Assembly: GCA_002269645.1 (NCBI GenBank)
Contig: NIVC01000385.1
Span: forward strand, 248,001-312,000
DNA from: Macrostomum lignano
Taxonomy: Eukaryota
Length of the DNA: 64,000 nt
Reading direction: 5' to 3'
Under the pieces are notes generated by a model. That model was not told the DNA's origin and did not search any database. It saw nothing but the letters and a program-made list of their open reading frames with translations. The stretch's first letter is position 1. Each line of letters opens with the position of its first letter. A program made the position numbers and the translations under genes. Of the stretch, positions 1-16,800 are shown piece after piece.

Positions 1-104
1 ATTTTATTTTAGGAAATTTATCTGGGCTATGTGTCTTGGGAAGCAACAAAAGAAATGATGAAAATAGTTTCTTTAAACGTCTCTCCCTTCTCTCCCGTCT
101 CGCC

Positions 105-275
105 TTGGCATCCCAGCAACTCCTCATTGAGCCATGGCATCTCAGCAACTCCCCATTGAGCCATGGCATCTCACCAACTCCCCATTGAGCCTTGGGATCT
201 CAGCAACTCCCCATTGAACCATGGCATCTCAGCAACTCCCCATTGAGCTACATGTATGGCATCTCAGCAACTCAA
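105..275. repeat. 29-bp minisatellite (ccccattgagccatggcatctcagcaact), about 5-6 units
   Basis: Direct tandem copies are visible, for example starting at 151 and 180. Confidence 0.9.
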
Positions 276-426
276 AGAGCATCATATTCTGTATTTGTGC
301 CGCGATTGCTTAATTATATTTGAGCCTTGAATTTTTTATAATTCTTTCTGCCTGACACTTATAAAAAAGCCGGAGCTGAATATACTGTTAAATTTATTGA
401 AGCACAATACTGCACACTGCACTCAG

Positions 427-4886
<4,460 letters not shown>

Positions 4887-5439
4887 GCTGGAAGATCGAG
4901 TCTAGGACCACAGGTAGTCAGAAGATGTACACAGTTCAAATCTATTGAGTTTTAAAATATGGAAAACTTCAATTTTTACGCTCAGATTAAACGCTTTTTT
5001 TGTAGCTTAAAACCAACCTTGATGACAGCGGAATGGGGGTTTGGAGAGAAAATTAAATACTCGTAGTGACGACTTAATGATTAGACCCTAAAATTTGGTT
5101 ATCTTGTTTAGATAATTAAGTAAGTTTGACTTTCGGCTAATTTCTTCATCGCTGTTTCAAGTATCACAGTTCGGCCTTCAAATGTCCCCAATAGGTTTAA
5201 AGCGTTTTGTCACATATGAATAACTTTTACACGGTTTTGTGTCCACTCTCTCGATACTGCTATAATTTGCCTTTTCAGTCTTCCCTGTCAAATAAGCCGT
5301 TTACACTCAATGTTTTATTTTGTCTTTTGATGTATCAGTGCAATAATATATTAATTAGTTTTTGTGTTTATTATTCTATTTTGGTGCTAATTCTAAACTT
5401 AAACGCAATAGTATACGCTCGTATTTATGGACAATTAAT

Positions 5440-5652
5440 GTAGAAGGACACGCATCGCTACAGCTCGATTTTCTTAGAAAAAAGCCGGCGACCGCGGTAA
5501 TACGACCGTCGTATATTTATCGTATCATTTGTGATCCCGCTCGATGGTAAAAAATCAGCGCTAGAAAAATTTGTACTCGTAAATACGCTCTCTAACGCCT
5601 TCCAGCTCGACATTTCTAAGAAAATTGAGTTTGTTTAAGCGCGTCCTTCTAC
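5440..5652. mobile_element. Small MITE-like element (about 210 bp)
   Basis: gtagaaggacacgc (5440-5453) and gcgcgtccttctac (5639-5652) form a 13/14 inverted repeat; no clear TSD. Confidence 0.5.
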
Positions 5653-6486
5653 TGCCGTTTTCCATGCTCGTATCTTCAATGTGAAGATCGCAATAATACG
5701 AGTTATTCTGTCTTAAATTTACTTTTATGTCAAGAAACTTTATTGAACATTTTCTTGTTCTTTTTTGTCAACAATAAAATATTATTGCTTATAAAAACTT
5801 TTTTTCGTGCAAGTTTTTGTATTTGGAAGCCTTTTCAACTTATACAGATCGATATTGTGCTCATTTATTTTAACTGATTTTTTGCATGCGCCACTCCAAA
5901 CAGCCACGCCACTAAGGCTTGCAATAATCTAATTAGGTAGTACGAGCTACAGGTGATATTTCGGAAAATCAATATATTGAAGAAACTGTTTATATCATCA
6001 TTTTATTATTATAGCTCTTACAAACATTGAATTTCTTCTGAACTGATAATTATTTAATTATTCGATTTTTTAAATACAAAATATTTAATTAGCCGATTAT
6101 GCATGCAACATACGTTTAATAATACTGATTGTCTACTCCTAATCGATTTTTATTGTTTTTACAGTAAGTTTATTATGCGCATGCGCACTATCGCTTTTAA
6201 ACATTCGTATCTTCCAAAATAGAATTAATCACATGAAAACCGTCTAGGTTTTTGGCTATATTTTGGCCGTATAAGTCATGCGCCTTAGTTTTGAAAAAAA
6301 AATTAATTCACGCTTTGTCTAAATTTCTTTTTTCCCAAATGTTTTGGCTTTTTTTCTCTGATTTTCTCAGAAAAGACGCTGACGCATATTCCATCAAGAT
6401 TCTGTCAAGATGTCAAGCTATTTGACGCACATGAACATATGATTCCATCGTGTATGTATTAAAAATTCAATGTACATGCATACAAT

Positions 6487-7255
6487 GTCAGTCAGTCAGT
6501 CAGTCAGTCAGTCAGTTAGTCAGTCAGTCAGTCAGTCAGTCAGTCAGTCAGTCAGTCAGTCAGTCAGTCAGTCAGTCAGTCAGTCAGTCAGTCAGTCAGT
6601 CAGTCAGTCAGTCAGTCAGTCAGTCAGTCAGTCAGTCAGTCAGTCAGTCAGTCAGTCAGTCAGTCAGTCAGTCAGTCAGTCAGTCAGTCAGTCAGTCAGT
6701 CAGTCAGTCAGTCAGTCAGTCAGTCAGTCAGTCAGTCAGTCAGTCAGTCAGTCAGTCAGTCAGTCAGTCAGTCAGTCAGTCAGTCAGTCAGTCAGTCAGT
6801 CAGTCAGTCAGTCAGTCAGTCAGTCAGTCAGTCAGTCAGTCAGTCAGTCAGTCAGTCAGTCAGTCAGTCAGTCAGTCAGTCAGTCAGTCAGTCAGTCAGT
6901 CAGTCAGTCAGTCAGTCAGTCAGTCAGTCAGTCAGTCAGTCAGTCAGTCAGTCAGTCAGTCAGTCAGTCAGTCAGTCAGTCAGTCAGTCAGTCAGTCAGT
7001 CAGTCAGTCAGTCAGTCAGTCAGTCAGTCAGTCAGTCAGTCAGTCAGTCAGTCAGTCAGTCAGTCAGTCAGTCAGTCAGTCAGTCAGTCAGTCAGTCAGT
7101 CAGTCAGTCAGTCAGTCAGTCAGTCAGTCAGTCAGTCAGTCAGTCAGTCAGTCAGTCAGTCAGTCAGTCAGTCAGTCAGTCAGTCAGTCAGTCAGTCAGT
7201 CAGTCAGTCAGTCAGTCAGTCAGTCAGTCAGTCAGTCAGTCAGTCAGTCAGTCAG
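6487..7255. repeat. Near-perfect (GTCA)n microsatellite, about 190 units
   Basis: Seen directly; only one visible interruption (gtta, near 6516). Confidence 0.99.
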
Positions 7256-9105
7256 AAGCCACACACGGACTTGCAAGGGGGTCGAAGGGGGTCGAATGTA
7301 AAACCTAGTCACTGTCCGCGCATATACTGCTGCATCTTTTTTACTCGGTGACACATAAGTAAACATGAATGTCCATGTAATGTAAGAACTATGTTTTATC
7401 CTCTCTGGTATATCAGTTAGATTATTAAGAAGTTGAAAGCTAATTTTCTTAATTTTTTTTAACACAAACGCAATGAACAGTAAAACTATATACCCAACAA
7501 GCCCCCCCCCTTAAGGGAAATCCCAAGGATGTCCAGCAGTTGAGGCAATTGCCTACTGTCAAGGCTTGATCAACGAAATAATAGAGAAATTCGCATCAGA
7601 GTGTAATAGTCGCCTGGCGCAATCTGATTTGGAGATGCCGACGACTTCGCTGAGGATGCCGGAATGCTTGAGAGACTACATTTTATAATGTATAGCAAAG
7701 GATGTCCCTGTAAACGCATGCTTAGTTGAAGGTCCAGAAGCTCCTCCTGGGTGAAGGCAAGTGACCAACGAAGTCAGAGAGCTATAGGATGCAGACAGAT
7801 GTGATCGAAGGTGCTGATGAAATTTGGAAGCCTTGGCAAGACTGCACTGAGGCGTGCAGTAAATTGATTGCAGGCGCAACAGTGGTGTTGAATACACTAG
7901 CGCTTCCGACCTTCTGGCAGAATCGTTGAATCTCGACGGTTCGGAGGCTAGCGACTTGTAATTTATTCTTGTTTGAGTAGGAAACAAAAAGTTAGCCATG
8001 CAGTGTTCTTAAATTTCGTGGGCGTGTGCCTAATTCGTTGCGCCATTCCAGCGCAGCAAAAAATAGGTCAGAAAATTCCCCCATCCTTTGGTAGTTTGAC
8101 AGCGGAAAAATGGCTTGGTATTTCTACTGTTAATCAGCAAAAAGGCCGCCCGTTTACGCATTCGACCGGTTACGTATGCTTGCTTGATTGACTTTTGCTA
8201 AACTTAACAAATAGATTTACACTGATTAAAAAAATGAAGGCTAAATACGCGTTAAACTATCAGTTTCGCCTTTAAATTGTTTTTGTGGATTTTTAAAGTT
8301 AATAGGGCCTAAGCAGCGTTTTAATATACGATTTCTTCAACGTTTCTAATAAGCCAAAATTTTAAAACACAAGTCAAGGGGATTAAAATTTCTCTAACTT
8401 GCTTGCTTGAGTTGAGTAATGTTGTAGTGATGTTCAGTAGGCCTATGCTAGGATTGCTCGTATGTATAAAATTGGCAATTGAGTATCAAGATTCAAAGTA
8501 TATATTTAACATGCTGAAGCATAGTTCAACGAAAATTGAACAACAAAATAATTAGTCCATACCAGAGTTTCAATGTTCATACTGTAATCTTATACTTTGT
8601 CGACTGTAAGCCCTACTATTATACTAGGCCTCCCGTCGGGAGTGACTGTCAAGTCAAGGGGGCATGATCGGCAAGCCAAGTCATGACAGTGAGTTTCTGA
8701 CATTCTGCCTTTTGGCTCTATCAAAAGCCTGGTTAATTTAGTTTTTGTGGATGGGTTTCTGTTTCTATACATGATGTATATTTAGAGTCAAGACTTAGGC
8801 CTGCCTGATTAAGACTATTCTATTAACTAGACAACTAGACATTAACTAGACAGATTAACTAGACTGCATATAATGTAACTGCAGATAAAAATCAATATAT
8901 TTATCTTTATAGGCCCAGTTTATTGTTTAAGCCTAACCATTATATTATACTATAGCCATACCCATAGGCCTAGTGCCAGTACTAGGCCTAGCCTATATAA
9001 TTGTTTTGAATAGGCCCTAGGGCCTATGTCTAGACTCTAAATATTTAGGACCTATATGGAAAACCCATACTATTAATACCAACTCAGGATCACTATCTAG
9101 TCAAT

Positions 9106-10498
9106 CCATAGTCAGGAAGGTAGCACAGTGTGCACCGGAATAATTTTTTTGGGACAATTTGTGCGCTGTCTATGTGCCATTTGTGCGCCTGTCTGTGTGC
9201 CGTCTGTGCGCCACTCTTCACAAGTAGAGTTTTCTAAGAAAGGCCTTCGTGCGAAAAACCTTTTTAAAATGTTACGCATATTTTCATTTTAAACAAACTT
9301 AAATTATACCTACAAATAAAGTAATGCAAAATTGACATTTTTAGCGATAATTTATACTAATTTTATTTACTGTTAATTTAAAAGAAGCAAAAAATTTATC
9401 ACTGACTTTCTAGACTATACAAATCTCCTTTATTTTACGTGAAATTGTTAATTTGCATTACAATTTTCATGTAGGCAGTGGTTATTTTTACGGCTGAGCC
9501 GTAGATATAGCCCAAATACTAATTTTTACGGCTGGCCATAGAAATGTCAAAAGTTGTTATTATTACGGCTGAGCCATAAGTATAACGAATTTGTCTATTT
9601 TTACGGCTGAGCCATAGATATAGCCCAAATACTAATTTTTATGGCTGGCCGTAAAAACGAGAAAACAAGAACGAGAAAAAGAGAGAGGAGAGAGGAGACA
9701 GAAGAGAAGAGTGTGGGAGAGAAGTGAAAGAGAAGTTTCAAAAGACCTTAGTGACGGAGAGGCAAAGGCCGGAGGCCAGAGTTTGCCAACCAGGGGCGTC
9801 GCCACCGGCGGTTGGACAGCTAGGGGACATGTCCCCCCAGATAAAAGATATGGGGGGCACATGCCAATGCTTTGCCCCCCCACACCCTTGTGAGCCGGCC
9901 ATTACGTAAAATCAATAATTTTGCTGAAGGGGGACACTGTAATTCCAGTACACAAGTAGTGCGCATCATCGATCATCACACACCCTACGTCTGCAGCGTA
10001 CCATGAAAATAGTATCAATTGAATCGTAAAATACAGGTAATACAATTTTAGTATGGATAGTAAAAATAGTTCAAAAACTGTCATGAAATTAAATGCCAGC
10101 TATTGAAACGGCTATTAAGAATAAATTACAGACAGCCATAAAAATAGTAGTTCCAGGTTATATCTACGGCTGGCCGTAAAAATAGACAAATTCGTTATAC
10201 TTACGGCTCAGCCGTAATAATAACAACTTTTGACATTTCTACGGCCAGCCGTAAAAATTAGTATTTGGGCTATATCTATGGCTCAGCCGTAAAAATAACC
10301 ACTGCCTTTCATGTATGTCAGGGACCTTATGCGCCGCAATTATGCGCCGCATGCGCTAGGGACCTCAGTGTGCGCCATGATTGTGCGCCAAGTGTGCCAA
10401 GGACCCCTTGTGTGCGCCGCGCTTGTGCGCCAATGTGCGCCGAGACCCTTTGTGTACGCGGGAATTTTCCCCCTCAGAGGCCACCTTCCTGACTATGG
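9106..10498. mobile_element. Non-autonomous TIR element (hAT-like by TSD length) with nested internal inverted repeats
   Basis: Perfect 16-bp TIR ccatagtcaggaaggt (9106-9121) / accttcctgactatgg (10483-10498). Flanks tagtcaat and tagtaaat match 7/8, consistent with an 8-bp TSD. Internal inverted arms of about 180 bp at about 9470-9655 and 10130-10312. Confidence 0.8.
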
Positions 10499-11834
10499 TA
10501 GTAAATAACAGAATATAAAACAAATATTGTATAAATTTTTAGAGTTCAATACAATAGGCCTATGATGAGTTGTTCAATATGAGGTCTATAATTTGGAAAC
10601 ATATTTAAATTTGAATATTTGGATTTGGAATTTTTTTGTACATTTGGATTCAGTTTTGGAAACTTGCAAAAATCTATATTTGGTCTATCACTAGGGCCTA
10701 ATTGTAATCATTTATTTTATGATAAAAAAATGATTTTTTATTTTTAAACTATTGTCTTTATAGTATAAATACAAAATATAATTATAAATATAAATATAAT
10801 ATAATTTATATTATAAATTGCTTGTGAAGACGCAAAGTAAATATAGTTATTTATATTACTTAAATGTTCTACTAGAATTATAGTATATGTATCTAGTATC
10901 TGAATTGAATTGAACTTAGAATTGAACTTAATTCTTATTATTCTTATTATTATTCTATAATTCTTATTCTTATTTCCTATTTGAAACATTTGTGAGACAT
11001 TTAAAAAAGGATCCATCACTAATTGCAATGCAGCAATGCACATTGTACTTGATCTGCTAAGTAGTAAAGTTTATCATTTCTTTCAATTAGCATATATAAT
11101 AATTATATTCAATGTTACTCTGTATATTTTTTATAAAGCCTATCCTATAGTTGTGTAATAAAAGTTTCATTTTAATATTCTTTTTTTTTATATGCCAAGC
11201 TAGGCCTAAATAAGCCATAAGTGAAATTTTTGCTTTGTTCTTTTTTGAATCAAGGATCCAAGTAGGCCTATATTTAGGCTTAACTATATTTAATAACTAT
11301 ATTTACTTGAATCACAAAAAGCTTAGATTTTTTGTTTAGGCCTAACTCAAGCTCTAGTTGAGTAATAATACATTTTGAATAATGGGCTTTTTTACTTAAA
11401 GTTAAGCTTGAGTAATGTGTTATAGTTATTAGTTTAATGTACTAATTAAGCTAACATTGCAAAACCTTTAAACTGATTTAATAAATAATTGTAGTAGGTG
11501 CTTAAGTCAAGATGAATGCCTTTGAGTAATAATTATTCACAATCTTATGCAGTTTTTTTTCAAAATCTCAACACTATTCAGTTATTACCCAAAAGTGTTA
11601 TATCCATGTTTTAATGAGATGAAATGTGCCTTTTTGGGATCTATTGTCAAAATATTTGGGATTTATACAAATAGCTACATCAAAAAGTTTATAAGCTATT
11701 AACTTTTAATTTGTCCTACATATTTTTCATTTTTTCTAATGTTAGTTTATTAACAAGGAAATATGCAATGTCATATTTCAGAATTCTGCTTTGAACAAGA
11801 CACTCACATGCATTAAAACTGCAATAAAGGAACC

Positions 11835-12404
11835 ATGCTACAAAAAGAACAAAAGTCTCAAAGGAAAAGTACTAGCAGTTCCAGCAGCAGTGAAAGTGAC
11901 GGCGATGCCGAAGTAGATGATAAAATTCGCCAAGCAGCCCAGATTGATTATCTTCAACCAACTGCAAAACGCTCTGCAACTGATACTAATGTAATTGGCA
12001 AAGAAGTCACGGACACGGTTGCCATGGTAACAGATTATCGCAGCTTAAACCCGCCTGAGCTGTTCAGGCGTCGAATGCAAGAACGACTGGATGCTCTATG
12101 TGAGCAGCGACTTCGATTCCGGAGCGCGACAGAGCCGGCTTCAGGGGATGGTCTCCGGTCTGCTGTACGACCGGGTTCTCCCCCAGCGCTGCTTTCAGCT
12201 CGGACTCTTGACAGTCTGGTGCAGCCGCAGCCAGCTTCTGAGCAGCGGAAGGAGCAGAAGCAGCAACCGTCTAAGAAGAAGCCGCGTCTTCACACGGCCG
12301 AGCCGGAAGAGTTGAAATTGCTGGCCGTTAATCCGGCTGTACTTTTAGCTAACAGCGGAGTCGCCTGTCACAGATCTGGCGCTGCCTCCTCTGCTGAACG
12401 CTAG
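11835..12404 (+). CDS. CUSTOS: Protein CUSTOS (C12orf43)-like, single coding exon, 189 aa
   Basis: Intact ORF. SSSSSSESDGD..DDKIRQAA, LNPPELFRRRMQERLDALCE and EELKLLAVNPAVLLANS resemble my recollection of the CUSTOS blocks (SSSD..ERCREAA, TTPEFRAHVAKKLGALLD, REAAVSASDIL). AATAAA at about 12497. Confidence 0.6.
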   Translation: MLQKEQKSQRKSTSSSSSSESDGDAEVDDKIRQAAQIDYLQPTAKRSATDTNVIGKEVTDTVAMVTDYRSLNPPELFRRRMQERLDALCEQRLRFRSATEPASGDGLRSAVRPGSPPALLSARTLDSLVQPQPASEQRKEQKQQPSKKKPRLHTAEPEELKLLAVNPAVLLANSGVACHRSGAASSAER

Positions 12405-12649
12405 CGCTGCCTTAGTAGTAGTGTATATAGTAAATTTTGGCATTTTTGTTGCTTTCCAATACCTAGGTGTGGAGTTTTGTTAATCGGCATTTTCAAATAA
12501 ATGAAAAGCACTGTAAAACAATTTTGTATAGTTTAGAATTTTTTTAATCTAGGTTTTCTTGGAATTTTTTGTTTACCTGTAACTTTAATTATTTAGTTGG
12601 GTAGTCGAGTTTCAAACATGAATCCCATTGAAAATGTGAGGGCGGCAGC

Positions 12650-13779
12650 GATGCTCAATGGATGGATCGGGGAGGGGGCAGACGTGCTCAACGGAAGGAT
12701 CGGGGAGGGGGCGGAGGTGCTCAACGGAAGGATCGGGGAGGGGGCGGAGGTGCTCAATGGAAGGATCGGGGAGGGGGCAGAGGTGCTCAACGGAAGGATC
12801 GGGGAGGGGGCGGAGGTGCTCAATGGAAGGATCGGGGAGGGGGCAGAGGTGCTCAACGGAAGGATCGGGGAGGGGGCGGAGGTGCTCAATGGAAGGATCG
12901 GGGAGGGGCAGAGGTGCTCAATGGAAGGATCGGGGAGGGGGCAGAGGTGCTCAACGGAAGGATCGGGGAGGGGGCAGAGGTGCTCAATGGAAGGATCGGG
13001 GAGGGGGCAGAGGTGCTCAATGGAAGGATCGGGGAGGAGGCGGAGGTGCTCAACGGAAGGATCGGGGAGGGGGCGGAGGTGCTCAATGGAAGGATCGGGG
13101 AGGGGGCAGAGGTGCTCAACGGAAGGATCGGGGAGGGGGCGGAGGTGCTCAATGGAAGGATCGGGGAGGGGCAGAGGTGCTCAATGGAAGGATCGGGGAG
13201 GGGGCAGAGGTGCTCAACGGAAGGATCGGGGAGGGGGCAGAGGTGCTCAACGGAAGGATCGGGGAGGGGGCAGAGGTGCTCAATGGAAGGATCAGGGAGG
13301 GGGCGGAGGTGCTCAATGGAAGGATCGGGGAGGGGGCAGAGGTGCTCAATGGAAGGATCAGGGAGGGGGCGGAGGTGCTCAATGGAAGGATCGGGGAGGG
13401 GGCAGAGGTGCTTAATGGAAGGATCGGGGAGGGGGCAGAGGTGCTCAACGGAAGGATCGGGGAGGGGGCGGAGGTGCTCAATGGAAGGATCGGGGAGGGG
13501 GCAGAGGTGCTTAATGGAAGGATCGGGGAGGGGGCAGAGGTGCTCAACGGAAGGATCGGGGAGGGGGCGGAGGTGCTCAACGGAAGGATCGGGGAGGGGG
13601 CGGAGGTGCTCAATGGAAGGATCGGGGAGGGGGCAGAGGTGCTCAACGGAAGGATCGGGGAGGGGGCGGAGGTGCTCAATGGAAGGATCGGGGAGGGGGC
13701 GGAGGTGCTCAATGGAAGGATCGGGGAGGGGGCAGAGGTGCTCAATGGAAGGATCGGGGAGGGGGCAGAGGTGCTCAAC
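12650..13779. repeat. 33-bp G-rich minisatellite (gaggtgctcaatggaaggatcggggagggggca), about 34 units
   Basis: Direct tandem copies; occasional 1-nt G deletions explain the frame-hopping ORFs. Confidence 0.97.
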
Positions 13780-13882
13780 AGACTCATTTGCCGTATAGTT
13801 ACAGGAAGCTAGACAAATTCAAAGCTGCAGAAACAGCATCTGTATATGTATTTCTGAGATTTGCACTCCAAGAAGCTTCACA

Positions 13883-16800
13883 ATGGCATCAGCTGGTGGC
13901 GACCCTGCCGATTCAACAGACTTCACCGTGTCCTCGGCTGATCGCGAGCAATCTGACAGTGCCAACAGTTCGCCGAAACGTGCCGGTTCATCGGCGCCGC
14001 AAGGTCCTCTGGACCGGCGAACTCTGATGCACGAACTGCAGCTAGCCAAGATTCAACTGTCTCAGAGGACTGCCGAATTAGAGAGCCGTCAGGAGCAGTG
14101 GAATTCGCGCGAAGAGGACTTAGTTGATCGGCTGGGCTCGGCTGAACGAGAATGCGCTCAGCTACGCCAGCAGCTTGAGCACGAGTTGGCGGAGGCCAGG
14201 GCCGACACAAGGCGTCGAGAGGACCGCAGCCGGCGCGCTTTGGAGGAGGCGCTGGCCAGACAGAGACGGCTGGAGGAGGCCAATGCTCAGCTTGTTGGCT
14301 ATACTGGAGATCTTAAGCGGAGCTTACAGGTATCCTAAGATCCCGATCCCAAAATCCTAGGATCCGAACCCCAAAATCCCAGGATCTCGATCCCAAAATC
14401 CCGGTATCCCATTCCCAAAATCCTAGGATCCCAACTCCGCAATTCCGGGATCCTGATCCCGAAATCCCAGTATCTTGATTCCAAAATAATCCCATGATCC
14501 CGGGATCCCGATCCCAAAATCCCGAGATCCCGACCCCAAAATCCTAAGATCCCGATCCCAAAATCCTAGTTTCCCAACCCCAAAATACCGATCACAAAAT
14601 CCTGGGATCCCAACACCAAAATCCCGGGATCCCAACTCCAAAATCCCGGGATCCCAACTCCAAAATTCCGGGATCCTGATTCCAAAATCCTGAGATCCCG
14701 ATCCCAAAATCCTGAGATCCCGATCCCAAAATACGAGATCCCGACCCCAAAATCCCGGGATCCCAACCCCGAAATCCCAGGATCCCGATCCCAAAATACG
14801 AGATCCCGACCCTAAAGTCCCGGGATCCCAACCCCTGAATTCCAGGATCTCGATCCCAACATCCTGAGATCCCGCCCCTAAAGTCCCGAAATACCTAGGA
14901 TCGGTTAGACAGGATCGGGACTCCAATCCCAACTCCCAACTATCCAATCTCTGGCAAGCATATCTAGCTACCTCTGGACCTGCCGGTTTCCATTAATTCA
15001 GGGCAGTCTCAGCATCCCGGATGACCGAGCCCGTCATCTGCAGTCGCTTCAAGAGGACGAGCTGAGCGTACGCGACCTGGTCTGCCTTCGACTGCACCAG
15101 CAGCTGCAGCCGCTTCGTCAACAGCTTGAAGAAACTGGCGAGCGAGCCAAAGTGGCCACCGAGGAGCGGGACAGGCTGTACGATGAGGCTGACAAACTGC
15201 GCGACTGCCTGGCTGGAGAACGGCGCCTGCATCAGGCCCTGCAGGAGTCTTACCAGAAGGTATTGTATGCAATCTGCAGTATTTGTTCTGTATAATCGCT
15301 CAGAATAAATATATTCCTTCTGATTGGCTGAATTTGACGTGACCCTAGCTAAATGAGTGCGTTTTCTTGAGACATGAGCGCCAATACGCGCTTGTGCCGG
15401 TGCGCATCTCTGTCAATGCGCGCTCGTGCCAGAGCCGCAAAAGTTACACTCAAATCCCTAATTTTTGCAGGCAGTATCAGAGCTAGCCGATGTGCGCTCC
15501 CAGGTGCATTCAGGCAATTACAAGGTGGCCCATTTCGACGAGGTGAAACACGATCGCGACCGGCTTAGCAGTCAGTGCGAGCAGCTGCAATCCGCTCTGT
15601 CAGCGTTGGAACAGCAGGTGGCCTCGGTTGCTAAGGAACGAGATCAGCTAGCCAGGGATTTGGCCAGTTCGCAGCAGACCGTTCAACTGTTAAGACAGGA
15701 TACTACTTATCTTAGTAATCAGGTTGGTTATCAAGGTTTTTTGTATTGCGTAGCTTATTTAGTAGATTGTGTCTGAACAGGCTACTTATAGTAGAAATAG
15801 TAGGTGACATCTCTTCTTTTCCTATTTTCCTATTTCCTCTTTTCCTAAGTCACTTTTTTCCTATTTTACCTGTGGTACCTGCAGGGCGCTTCTTGGCTTA
15901 TAGGGTATCTTTTTTTCGGGATGGTATTCAGTTTATTATATAGCAAGATGTATTGCCACTGCCACCCATCTGTAGATCGGCGAGCTGTCCAGCCGGGCGG
16001 CCCATGCCGAGGATCGCTGCGCCGGCCTTCAGAAACAGCTGGACGACGCCCGGGCCGCTAGAGAGGCCGCCATCGAGCGAAGCCTAGCAGAACGGGATCG
16101 ACTTCGCGGCGAATTCGAACTCCGACTGCACAGCGAGTTGGATAGGCTGAGGACTGGGGGCGAAGCTGAGCTGGACCGCCTGAGGCGGCAGACTCTGGAC
16201 ATGCAGGAGGCGCAGGTGGGGCTTAAGGTGTTACTGAGGATAGTATGAGTAGATTCTGATTGGGATTAATCCCAGATTGCACACAGGTGATCACTGATAT
16301 GAGTAGATTCTGATTGGGATTAATCCCAGATTGCACACAGGTGATCACTGATATGAGTAGATTCTGATTGGAATTAATCCCAGATTGCACACAGGTGATC
16401 ACTGATATGAGTAGATTCTGATTGGAATTAATCCCAGATTGCACACAGGTGATCACTGATATGAGTAGATTCTGATTGGGATTAATTCCAGATTACACAC
16501 AGGTGATCACTGATATGAGTAGATTCTGATTGGGATTAGTCCCAGATTGCACACAGGTGATCACTGATATGAGTAGATTCTGATTGGAATTAATCCCAGA
16601 TTGCACACAGGTGATCACTGATATGAGTAGATTCTGATTGTGAATAATCCCAGATTGCACACAGGTGATCACTGATAAGAGTAGATTCTGATTGGGATTA
16701 ATCCAACATTTGCACACAGGTGATCACTGATATGAGTAGATTCTGATTGGAATTAATCCCAGATTGTACACAGGTGATCACTGATATGAGTAGATTCTGA

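Noticed and set aside
6450-7351. 283-aa and 293-aa SQSV-repeat ORFs
   Set aside because: The stop-free (GTCA)n microsatellite gives open frames by construction; there is no coding evidence.
12597-13812. Repetitive ORFs of 270-380 aa (AEVLNGRIGEG and other frames)
   Set aside because: A 33-bp minisatellite open in several frames on both strands, with frame-breaking indels between units.
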